Origin: an uncultured Candidatus Poseidoniales archaeon
GTDB lineage: Archaea > Thermoplasmatota > Poseidoniia > Poseidoniales > Thalassarchaeaceae
Assembly: GCA_964645485.1 (NCBI GenBank)
Contig: CAZXZO010000002.1
Location: 25,108 to 89,107 of the forward strand
Direction: 5' to 3'
Length of the DNA stretch: 64,000 nt
Numbering within the stretch: the stretch's first letter is position 1; each line of letters begins with the position of its first letter. The notes under the pieces are model-generated. The model was not told the origin of the DNA. It saw only the letters and a program-made list of their open reading frames with translations, and searched no databases. A program made the position numbers and the translations under genes. Of this stretch, positions 19,576 to 29,400 are shown piece by piece.

Positions 19576-22239
19576 ATGGTGCTTACAACTGTGCAAAGTT
19601 GCGTGGTGCAAGGCTCATACATGGGGAGGGATACTGATTCAGGTCCTGAAACGATGATTGAGTTATGGTGCCGAGCGCGCGAGGGGCATTCAGTTCTATT
19701 ATTGGTCACAGGAGTTCGACCATGGCTAGAAATTTCGGTGCCTGGAAGGCCAAAAACTCCACCAAACATTGACGATTTATTAGACCAAGTTAGGGCAACA
19801 AAAGGTGTCACAAAAATACATCAGCCAGTTGACAAATGGTCTGAAATGGGTGTGAAGCCGCATTGGCGAGTTGAAGTCTCTCAGCCATGGGCTGTTTCAA
19901 CCGGTCCAAAGGTAAGGGAGCAATTAGAGCGAGATTGGACCGTCACTAGTGCTGACATCCCATTCATTAATCGCTTGTTCATGGACAATGATATCGGCCC
20001 ACATATTTCTACGGAAGTTGAAGTCTTGTGGGCTAGTTCAGATGTCCCAGATACTTTGTTTGCAGAATTACCTGAATCAAGTAAAGGTGATTCTAGAAGA
20101 CTTCAGGCTGCGGACAAGATTCGCGAGATTGGCGGTTCTGGGCTTTATCCAGTTGACTTGATAGCAACTTGTGATTTTACAAAAGTTGTACGCTGTGACC
20201 CATTCCCAACCCCTTTCGTTTTGATGTCTTTTGACCTAGAGACATCAATTGTTGAAGAGACAATTTTGTGTGCTGCGGCTGTTATTCAGAAAGGAGATGG
20301 GGAGCGTGAAATCCGCGAATTTCAAGGTTCTGAAAAAGAAATTCTAGCAGGGCTCAGTAAATTGGTCAGAGAGTTTGACCCTGACATAATTACTGGTTAC
20401 AACATAGATAATTTTGATTTGCCACGCTTGCAGTCTCGAATGAAATCTAATGCTAATAAGAAAGATTTCTCAAGTGGTGCAGATTTGTTCGGCTGGGGCC
20501 GAGTGCCAATCATTGAGAGTGAAGCAAAGCGATTGATTCCCGGCCGGGATTCTAACCGCAGGACTTGGCGGATTCATGGCCGCTGTGTTCTTGACGCATG
20601 GTGGCAGGCAAGGATGGTATTACGGCCAAAGAGAGAGACTCTGAAATATGTCTGTAGATTGCTTTGGCCTGAAAACGAAGAATTACACAAGATGGATGTT
20701 GATGCATCTCAAATGGATAAAGAATGGGCTGAAAGGCCAGATGTTGTAATGGAATATTGTGTTCAAGATACGATTTTACCACTGGAAATTCTGAAAGAAA
20801 TTTCCGCTGTCAAGCGAAAAGAAGCAGTAGCGTCTGTAGCAGGAATTCCGTTAGAAGTAGCAATTTCAGGAACCACCTCACAATGGATTGATAGTCTTGT
20901 CATTAGAATAGCAGACAGAGAAAATATTGCGGTTCCCAGAACAAATAGAGGCGGCCGTGGCGAGCAAATTGTTGGTGGTTATGTACACGAAGTGGAAGCG
21001 GGTGTATCCCGCTGGATTGCCGTACTCGATTTCAAATCAATGTACCCTTCAATCATGATTTCAAACAATATTTGTTATACAACAAGAATTGACAAAACCA
21101 CTCGCCCTGATGAAGTTCTAGAATCGGGTTTCCACGAATCTCCTCTTGGGGCGAAATTTCTGCCGGTGGAAACACGTCGAGGATTAATTCCTCGTCTCCT
21201 TGAAGATTTGATGCAGTTACGAACCGACCACAAATCTGCTCTCAAAGCAGCACAAAATTCAGGCGACAAAGTAGCCGAGCAATTCAATGACGAAATGCAA
21301 TACGCGGTAAAAATTCTAATGAATTCATTCTACGGCGTTTTTGCTTCCAAGTTCTACCGCTTCACTCACGAAGATTTGGGTTCGTCAATCACCGCATGGG
21401 CAAGGTCCAACATCAAGGATATCATCAATCAACTCGATGAAGAAGGCAGCCATGTTGTCTACAGCGATACAGACAGTGTGTTCGTAGAAGCGCCAGTCAA
21501 GGAAGGTGCACCCCTAAAGGAGCCCGCAGAAGGTGAAGACCGTACGGCTTGGGACGAGGCATCTAATGCATTAGTCAATTTTGGCGATGAGTTAGCAGAT
21601 AGGTTCACCAAAGAAGGTGCAGAACTAGAGTTTGAAACAGGGCTCTCATCATTTTTCAGTCACGGGGCCAAAAAACGATATGTCGGACAAGTGATATGGC
21701 CAGAACCAAAACTGCTCATACGGGGCTATGAAGTGAGAAGAACCGATTCATTCACCTTACTTACCGATGCCATGACAGGACTTTTTGAGATGATTCTTGA
21801 TGGTGAATCAGATGCCGCAGTCAATATGTGTATTTCATTGATTAAAAAGGTGAAAGAGGGTAAAGTTGCACCACGCGATTTGGTGATTAGCAAATCTTGC
21901 AAAGGAAAAGTTGGGGCGGGAGGGGTAATAGATTTCTCCAGCGCTTATGTTAATCCAGATAGAATGGTTCAGGTTAGGGTTGCTAAACAGCGTATTGCGG
22001 CAGGACTTAATTTCACACCGGGGATGAAAGTAGGGTGGTTGGTGACCGATTATAGCCAGAGTCCGATGCAGGTTGCCGCTTGGCTAGAGGATGAAACAGG
22101 GGTTGAACAAACTGAATATGACCCTGATTTCTATGTCAATCGTTTGGCTAAAGCCCTTGGCAGAATTACTGAAGCATTTGGCTGGAGTGGTGAGGATTTA
22201 ATCAAAGGCAACCGACAAGCAAATCTTTTCAGTTTTTGA
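19576..22239 (+). CDS. polB: Family B DNA polymerase with C-terminal PIP box
   Basis: SFDLET, TGYNIDNFD, DFKSMYPS, KILMNSFYG, YSDTDS, KKRY; ends QANLFSF; start at ATG 19576 behind GGTGA. Confidence 0.95.
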   Translation: MVLTTVQSCVVQGSYMGRDTDSGPETMIELWCRAREGHSVLLLVTGVRPWLEISVPGRPKTPPNIDDLLDQVRATKGVTKIHQPVDKWSEMGVKPHWRVEVSQPWAVSTGPKVREQLERDWTVTSADIPFINRLFMDNDIGPHISTEVEVLWASSDVPDTLFAELPESSKGDSRRLQAADKIREIGGSGLYPVDLIATCDFTKVVRCDPFPTPFVLMSFDLETSIVEETILCAAAVIQKGDGEREIREFQGSEKEILAGLSKLVREFDPDIITGYNIDNFDLPRLQSRMKSNANKKDFSSGADLFGWGRVPIIESEAKRLIPGRDSNRRTWRIHGRCVLDAWWQARMVLRPKRETLKYVCRLLWPENEELHKMDVDASQMDKEWAERPDVVMEYCVQDTILPLEILKEISAVKRKEAVASVAGIPLEVAISGTTSQWIDSLVIRIADRENIAVPRTNRGGRGEQIVGGYVHEVEAGVSRWIAVLDFKSMYPSIMISNNICYTTRIDKTTRPDEVLESGFHESPLGAKFLPVETRRGLIPRLLEDLMQLRTDHKSALKAAQNSGDKVAEQFNDEMQYAVKILMNSFYGVFASKFYRFTHEDLGSSITAWARSNIKDIINQLDEEGSHVVYSDTDSVFVEAPVKEGAPLKEPAEGEDRTAWDEASNALVNFGDELADRFTKEGAELEFETGLSSFFSHGAKKRYVGQVIWPEPKLLIRGYEVRRTDSFTLLTDAMTGLFEMILDGESDAAVNMCISLIKKVKEGKVAPRDLVISKSCKGKVGAGGVIDFSSAYVNPDRMVQVRVAKQRIAAGLNFTPGMKVGWLVTDYSQSPMQVAAWLEDETGVEQTEYDPDFYVNRLAKALGRITEAFGWSGEDLIKGNRQANLFSF

Positions 22240-22316
22240 TTCTTTTACTTCCCAAAAAAATCCTCTCCTTTCCTCAGATGCAATCAACAAACAAATCTTT
22301 TCAGTTTTTGATTCTT
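22220..22316 (+). repeat. 25-bp exact direct repeat of the polB 3' end, 72 bp apart
   Basis: CAAATCTTTTCAGTTTTTGATTCTT at 22220-22244 and 22292-22316. Confidence 0.92.
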
Positions 22317-22416
22317 CCACAAATGCCTATTTGGGGTGTGAAAAGTGCTAATAGAAAGCGAATGTAACCTATACTCATTACCGAATGGTTGATGATAGGC
22401 CGCCACTCGGTATAAC

Positions 22417-23586
22417 ATGATGAAGAGACATAAAGTTAGTTCCAAGGTACTCGTTTTGACATTACTTCTAGCGGCAATCGTTCCTGGTTGCTTAGAAACA
22501 TTCAGTTCTAATTCTGCACCATCAGCATCTTTTTCGATACAAGAAAGTGGCACTTTGAAGGCAGGTATGTTACTTCATTTTGATGCAACCGCATCTTCGG
22601 ACCCCGACAGTGATGAACTCACTTACTCATGGAATTTTGGTGATACAAATACTGCCACCGGCGAAACAACATCTCATACATACAGTGCGGAAGGTGATTA
22701 CACCGTCAAATTATCAGTTTCCGATGGAGATTTTGCTACAGAGAAAAAGATGACTCTGAATATCCTTTCAGAGGATGCGGCAACTCCATTCGCAGAAATC
22801 ATAACTGCAAAGGATGATGATTGTGATGACGAAACGGCTTCTAGTTCAGGGACCTATATCCTCATTTGGATTTGTGATGACACAATGGATGAAGGGACTA
22901 GGGATTGGAACCCTGAAACAACTGTAACTCTAGATGCCAGCGAAAGCGCAGCTGGTAGCGCAGAATCTTGGCTAGTTTCATGGAAGTGGGATCTCAACAT
23001 TTACATCGATAGTGATGGAGATGGTGACAAGACCAATGATGTGGATGCAGATGGTGAAACCTATTCTTGGACCACACCACCCGGCGAATGGAAGGTACGC
23101 CTGACAGTAACAGATGACCAAGGAATGACCTCAACTGAGGAAACTTGGGTATACGTCAACGCGCGGGCAATTTGGAGTGACTTAGAGATTGGTCGTAACA
23201 ATTCTGCAGATAACCCCCGTCAAGAGTTCACCGTCCCACTAACATATGATTTTGAGAATTCTCAAAAGTTGAACCAATTCAAGACAAGAATCGTGTATCC
23301 AAAGCAAGACCCCGGGGTTGGTTGTGGTCAAGCCTGTAATCAAAACAATAGAATGGACCTCTATTTCTACAACGAAACCGATGAAGAAGTCCGTAACAGC
23401 AGCGCAAATTCTGATGAGCAACAAACGGATTCAGACTGTTCTTCGGATAATTATTGTTTGACTATGACTTCTAGCACTGGGGATTTCCGAAAACATTTGG
23501 ATGGAACTTGGTTGGTTCAAATATTCAATAATAAGCAGCATGACGCGGAAATTATAGAAGTTCAGATTATTCTGAAATATAAATGA
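22417..23586 (+). CDS. PKD-domain lipoprotein
   Basis: Lipobox-like IVPGC; PKD signature FDATASSDPD..YSWNFGD..SHTY..G.YTVKLSVSD; second PKD-like unit. Confidence 0.85.
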   Translation: MMKRHKVSSKVLVLTLLLAAIVPGCLETFSSNSAPSASFSIQESGTLKAGMLLHFDATASSDPDSDELTYSWNFGDTNTATGETTSHTYSAEGDYTVKLSVSDGDFATEKKMTLNILSEDAATPFAEIITAKDDDCDDETASSSGTYILIWICDDTMDEGTRDWNPETTVTLDASESAAGSAESWLVSWKWDLNIYIDSDGDGDKTNDVDADGETYSWTTPPGEWKVRLTVTDDQGMTSTEETWVYVNARAIWSDLEIGRNNSADNPRQEFTVPLTYDFENSQKLNQFKTRIVYPKQDPGVGCGQACNQNNRMDLYFYNETDEEVRNSSANSDEQQTDSDCSSDNYCLTMTSSTGDFRKHLDGTWLVQIFNNKQHDAEIIEVQIILKYK

Positions 23587-23699
23587 GGTAATTCGCGTCT
23601 CAGTGTCCCTTTTAGGGACCTTATCAAGGAACCTTTAATCTGCGAGTGGTTCAAATAGGGGTGGTCAGTCGGCGGGTCACTCAAAGGAGTGTATATACC

Positions 23700-24989
23700 A
23701 TGGGTTCACAATGGGAAGATAAGAGCAAGGATCACTTGAACATAGTTTTCGTAGGTCACGTTGACCACGGAAAATCGACCACAGTAGGGCGATTAATGCT
23801 AGATAGCGGGCACATCGAGGCCCACGTTATTGAGAAGTTCGAGAAGGAAGCAGCAGAGCGTGGAAAGGCCGGTTTCGGTTTCGCTTATGTTATGGATGGA
23901 TTGAAGGAAGAACGCGAACGTGGTATTACCATCGACGTTGCTCACAAAGAATTCTTCACCCCTAATTATTACTTTACAGTCATCGATGCGCCAGGCCACC
24001 GTGATTTCGTCAAGAATATGATTACCGGTACCAGCCAAGCAGATGCTGCAGTTCTGAATGTTGCAGCAAACGATGGTGTAAATGCACAAACCAAGGAACA
24101 CGCTTTCTTGGCTAAGGTTCTTGGTGTCAAGGAATTAATCGTCAACGTCAACAAGATGGATATCTCTGGTGTTGATTGGTCACAAGACAAGTACAACAGT
24201 GTTGTTGATGAAGTCAAGGGATTACTCAGAATGGCTGGTTTCAAGCCCGATGATATTCCTTTCGTCCCATGTAGCGCACTTGCGGGTGACAACATATTCA
24301 ACAAGAGTGACAATACTCCATGGTACTCCGGGCCAACTCTGTTCGAAGCCATTGATGGAGTACAGTTGCCTCCAAAACCAATTGACAAGCCTCTTCGCTT
24401 ACCAATTCAAGACGTTTACAAGATTGGCGGTATTGGAACAGTTCCAGTCGGTAAGATTGAAACTGGTACCCTAAATGCTGGAAAGACAGTTCAATTCAAC
24501 CCTTCAGAGAAGAGTGCTGAAGTGAAGTCAATTGAGATGCACCACACAGTTGTCGACAAGGCACAGCCTGGTGACAATGTTGGATTCAACATCCGTGGAC
24601 TTTCAGCAACTGACATCCGCCGTGGTGACGTAGCTGGATACACAGACAGCCCTCCAATGTACGTTAGACACGATGAGACCTTTGTCGGTCAAATCCAGTT
24701 GATGGACATCCCTAAGGCAATCGGCGCTGGCTACACACCTGTGTTCCACGCTCACACTGCACAAGTAGCAGTTCGCTTCGCTGAACTTCTTGAGAAGACC
24801 AGCAAAGGCCAGAAGACTCCTAACCCAGACTTCCTAGTAACTGGTGATGCATGTCTAGTACGTTTCGCACCAACCAAGCCAATGGCGATTGAGGAAGCCT
24901 CAGTATTCCCTGAATTGTCCCGTTTCGCAATTCGTGACATGGGTAAGACCGTGGCTGCTGGCGTTTGTATGAAAGTTGAGAAGAAGTGA
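23700..24989 (+). CDS. tuf: Translation elongation factor EF-1alpha
   Basis: GHVDHGKST, ERERGITID, DAPGHRDFVKNMITG, NKMD, FAIRDMGKTVAAG. Confidence 0.97.
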   Translation: MGSQWEDKSKDHLNIVFVGHVDHGKSTTVGRLMLDSGHIEAHVIEKFEKEAAERGKAGFGFAYVMDGLKEERERGITIDVAHKEFFTPNYYFTVIDAPGHRDFVKNMITGTSQADAAVLNVAANDGVNAQTKEHAFLAKVLGVKELIVNVNKMDISGVDWSQDKYNSVVDEVKGLLRMAGFKPDDIPFVPCSALAGDNIFNKSDNTPWYSGPTLFEAIDGVQLPPKPIDKPLRLPIQDVYKIGGIGTVPVGKIETGTLNAGKTVQFNPSEKSAEVKSIEMHHTVVDKAQPGDNVGFNIRGLSATDIRRGDVAGYTDSPPMYVRHDETFVGQIQLMDIPKAIGAGYTPVFHAHTAQVAVRFAELLEKTSKGQKTPNPDFLVTGDACLVRFAPTKPMAIEEASVFPELSRFAIRDMGKTVAAGVCMKVEKK

Positions 24990-25040
24990 TTGCCTAACTT
25001 TGGAGAACACTGAGAATTAAATTCACAGGTTGGTTTCCCC

Positions 25041-25373
25041 ATGGCAAGTATCACAGCAATCAAAGTCACTGGTATGAACCATGTTGATGTTGATAGTTTG
25101 TGTGATGGTATCAAGCAGATTTCAGACCAGACTGGAGTCTCAATGAGAGGCCCAATACCGCTACCAACCCGCCGCTTAGTTGTTCCATGCCGCAAAGCAC
25201 CTGATGGTGAAGGCTGCGAAACATGGGACCACTGGGAGATGCGAGTTCACAAGCGTTTAATCGAGTTGGAAATTAACTCCACCAAGGATGAAGCAGTTCT
25301 TGCACGAGTTGTCCACGGTTTGGAAATTCCAGATACAGTAACCATTGAGATTACTCTGCGCAATGTCAACTAG
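25041..25373 (+). CDS. rps10: 30S ribosomal protein S10
   Basis: GPIPLPTRRLVVPCRKAPDGEG..WEMRVHKRLI; follows tuf. Confidence 0.95.
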   Translation: MASITAIKVTGMNHVDVDSLCDGIKQISDQTGVSMRGPIPLPTRRLVVPCRKAPDGEGCETWDHWEMRVHKRLIELEINSTKDEAVLARVVHGLEIPDTVTIEITLRNVN

Positions 25374-25378
25374 ATACA

Positions 25379-26329
25379 TCAGATGATTGATGCATCTTCT
25401 GCGAATCCTGCTGCAATTAATCCAGTTGCAAAGTCAGATTCGCAATACTCAACATCACCTTCCATAAGTTCTAACTCGTTTCCATTAGAATCCATAATTG
25501 GTGTTGGCATATCGGTTAACATCTTGATGCGAATCATTCCTTCCTTAGCAACTTCAGTTGAATTTGGAATTTGGTCAGGCGAGATATTATCGCTAGATTG
25601 TGGGCTAGATTGGGAAGGTTCATCACTTGTGACATCTGGTTTTACCATTCCAGAGGTCGGGTAGGCACTCATCCTAGCTATTCTGTGTTCTTCATCCTCA
25701 TCCGGGTCTTCGTATGGTTGAGATTCAACTTCTTTGACAACTACCTTTGGTGGTCCTTGTCCTGTAATCCCCCCTTCATCTTTAACAAATGAGTCTAATT
25801 GCACTGTACCTTTCTCTACAACTGGTGATTGTTCTGTTTCTCCAACCAAACCCTTCTGCAACACATTCCAGGAAACATGGTGTTTGTACTTCTCAATCAG
25901 TGAGTTCAAACCTTCATAAAATGCTCTCTCAGCAGCATCGTGGCGTTGCCAATCAAGAGGGTTGAGAGGGCTTTTTTCTTCACCTAAAACATCACCATAA
26001 GGAGCCGATGCAAGATTATTGGTAGACGCGTGTCTAACGAATGCAGTCAACCTGTGCTGAGTCAAATCAGCAACAGATCTTCTGACATTACCCTGACGGC
26101 GGCTGAGATTTTGGGCTTTTACACTCCAGCCTTCTGATTTTCCAACCTCGGCTAATTCAATATCGATATTTGCAAGAAGTGTTGAAACCTGGGCCCAAAA
26201 ATCGGGCCGAGGTAATTCGATTGGGTGGTTTTGTTTGGCTTGTTGTCGAACTAAACTGAATAATTGGTTCTCAATCGCTTGCAATTGTGTGGCGCTAACT
26301 TGCGTAATTTCACCACTCTCGCCGCGCAT
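25379..26329 (-). CDS. Probable GINS15/Gins51-type replication protein (helical A-domain, long linker, C-terminal B-domain)
   Basis: C-terminal IRIKMLTDMPTPIMDSNGNELELMEGDVEYCESDFATGLIAAGFAE resembles the GINS B-domain. Confidence 0.6.
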   Translation of the reverse strand: MRGESGEITQVSATQLQAIENQLFSLVRQQAKQNHPIELPRPDFWAQVSTLLANIDIELAEVGKSEGWSVKAQNLSRRQGNVRRSVADLTQHRLTAFVRHASTNNLASAPYGDVLGEEKSPLNPLDWQRHDAAERAFYEGLNSLIEKYKHHVSWNVLQKGLVGETEQSPVVEKGTVQLDSFVKDEGGITGQGPPKVVVKEVESQPYEDPDEDEEHRIARMSAYPTSGMVKPDVTSDEPSQSSPQSSDNISPDQIPNSTEVAKEGMIRIKMLTDMPTPIMDSNGNELELMEGDVEYCESDFATGLIAAGFAEDASII

Positions 26330-26471
26330 TTCAACTCGCCCGATTTCCCTCTGCTCGAAGGCATCCTAAGAATGCTTCAGTCAAAATCAGACTACAATCT
26401 AGAGAACTTAGTCATCGTTGGAGAGAGTTCAAACGAAGTGAGCACACCGAGATGTATGCAGAGGCGTAGCC

Positions 26472-29400
26472 ATGGAGGGGGTTTCAGATACAAGGAGAGC
26501 CTATCTTCTTGCTATGCTACTCATCATCATGCCAATGGCTGGATTAGTCTCGGCTAACCAAACGATGTGGGTAGGTCCAAGTGTCGTTTCAAGTCCTGCT
26601 GGTGGCGGGAATGTCACTGTTACTGGATTCCAAGTTCCCCAAGGGGAAGAAGTGCTTGATGCCTGGCTCGAAGTTAGTGAGGCTGGCATGAGTGATCTTG
26701 GCACCGGTATTGAGTGGGTTGAAGATGCAAATGGTAAACTCAACTTTAGTTGGGGTCTTTGGAATTCAACAACTGCAGATTTCTTTGATGGTGCACTGAG
26801 TCTCGATGCAAACCACTCGGTTGGTAGAATCAACGACTTTGAAACTTTGAAGAGAGTAGTTCAAAATTGGCAATATGGTGGCACTCCAGGTGTTTGGGAA
26901 ATTAGCGACATGTTGGGGATAGCAGGGCCAATCAATGGTTCTGGCCGTGAATCTAGTGGTGGCTTGATTCCAATTGGAGGTGTGACGGGGCGTTACATAA
27001 TCGCCACTGCCGACGACCAAGCTCTGCCAAATGGAGTTCACAGTTGGATGGAGTCTCCAGATTTTTACATACCTAACGTAATCAATAATTTCAATCTAAC
27101 TTTCTCATATTGGCAGCATATGTACACACCAAATTCTGTTAATGGAAATGCAGATGGTTCTTGGGTTGAGATGAGCATTGATGGTGGTGCAAATTGGAAT
27201 TACATCACTCCCGAAGGAGGATACAATAATCGCATCAATCCAACTGCACCTTCACCAAACGGTAGTGGTGGTTCAAATTTTGAAGTGTGGGCTTCACCTA
27301 ATGCAACTGGATGGCAACAAGCAAACTTCAACCTTGATAACTATCCGGGGATTACTAATGCTAGCAATGTTCGCTTCCGATTCGTTGTTTGGACAGATGT
27401 CAACTCCACAGTCCAAAGACCAGGTATGTTTCTTGATAATGTGAATCTTACAAATTCAGGGTCAGATCTCGGCTCATGGTTCCATGGTAATCTATCAAGT
27501 TATTACGCAGATGGCGCCAATTCATTCCTTTCATTCGAAGCCAATCTTTCAAATGCAAGCGGCCCAATAATGCTGGATTATGCTGTTGATTTTGATATGG
27601 AAGGAGATATCTATGATAATTTCAACTGGGAATGGTCTCTCAACAATTTTTCATGGACTTCATTCTCTCCACAAATGCCTTCATTTGGGGTTTTGATTGG
27701 AGGTCAGATGTATGTTGATGACTCAAGAGGCTGGAAACCCCTTTCCCATCCATTGCCTCAATCACTTGCTGGCAATTCTTCAGTTTACATCCGAGTTTAC
27801 CTAGAAACAGACACCTTCCCCGGCTCAGGCTTTGGTGGCACAACTCTAGACCCACCAGAAGGCTTGTTCATTGATGATGTACGAATATCTTCGGGCACAA
27901 CAGGGAATCAGACAACACACCTTTACCTCAATTTCACAGATGTCAATGATGGGAATCCAACTCATGGAAACATCGGGACAGGGTTAGACGAGTGGCAACA
28001 CCTAACTTCACATGGGGTTAATGGGCCGTCGTACCAATTTGATTCATTTGAGAATTCACCTCTCCTTCCTGAAGGTTGGGAAATTGACACAGACCGTGGT
28101 ACAGGATGGGAGTTTCGCGCTCACAACACTTCTTGGGTGTATGGTCCGGACACTCCAGATTCTGGTTCTTATTACGCAGGCATTGTCTTTTCAGATGAAT
28201 ACCAACCCAATACCTGGACACATCTGACTTCACCAGCGTTAGCGATTCCTGTCGGAAGCCATGCGCGAATTTCATTCAAGCAATTCGCATGTGCTGAACC
28301 GGGTTGGGATGGTGGTGTTGTTTACATCTCAACTGATGACGGCCGTACTTGGATTCCTTATGGACAAAATGAACCCGATTTCTATGATACTCAACAGACT
28401 CAGAATCCAAATTCTGACATCTACAATTTGTGGGCAATGGACGGCAGCAATGCCAAACCCACTTGTTATGGGCAACGTGGACCGAGCAATAACAAATCAT
28501 GGGTTACTAAGGAGGCTGATGTTAGTCAGTATGGCGGCCAAGCAATAAAACTCCGTTTTTCGTTTTATTCCGACCCGTTATTGGAAGCGGATGGTTGGTA
28601 TCTTGATGATGTCGGGCTCTATGTTGATTGGTTTGAGGAGCAGGGCACTTGGACAAGCGATTTAATTGATACAAATAGAAATGGTTTAGGAACGATAGAT
28701 ATTGATGCCTCAGTTCCGAATGGAACTTGGGTTCGTTGTTCACTGTTGGATGAATATGGGGCAATTTTACAAGGTATGGAAAACCTTAGTTTCCCAGTAA
28801 TTCCTTTACCCGGCTCACTTGGTGAAAAGGTAAGAATCAAATTGGAGATGGGAACATCTGAACCCGAACTAACACCAAAGGTACACGCGTTGTATGTTGG
28901 AGGAACAAATATCTTCTCAGCTAGAGATACATCCAATGGCTGGACAATATCACCATATCTCGATTTGAATCAAACATCAGGCAATCTAACAAATTCTGGT
29001 TTGGCTACTCATTCACTCACAGGTCCTCTGATTTATGCGAATAGTCCAATGCAAGTATTTGAGTTATCAGGGGTAGGGGCTGGTGTTCTTGTAACACTGT
29101 TAGATGAAAGAGGTAGCTCGTTTAATTATGGGATATTAGGAAATAAAACAGTTCAAAGAACAATACCTCTAACTGCTTATCGTGTTCAAATTGACCTACA
29201 GCCTGGAGGTTGGCTTAATTCACTAAAAGTTTCAGGACGAATGCTTCAACCCGGATTAAATGTCTCAATTGATGTTGGTGACGATGGCTCAATTGATTGG
29301 GCGTTCAGTGAAGGGAACGATGGGCGAGGTCAACTTGGATGGCAGGATTCTCTGATGTTATCTAATACAAGAAGTGCGACAACTGATTCTCAATGGAACG

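Noticed and set aside
23586-23700. tuf-rps10 not preceded by the EF-2 gene
   Set aside because: Splitting of the str cluster is common in archaea; nothing else unusual is visible.
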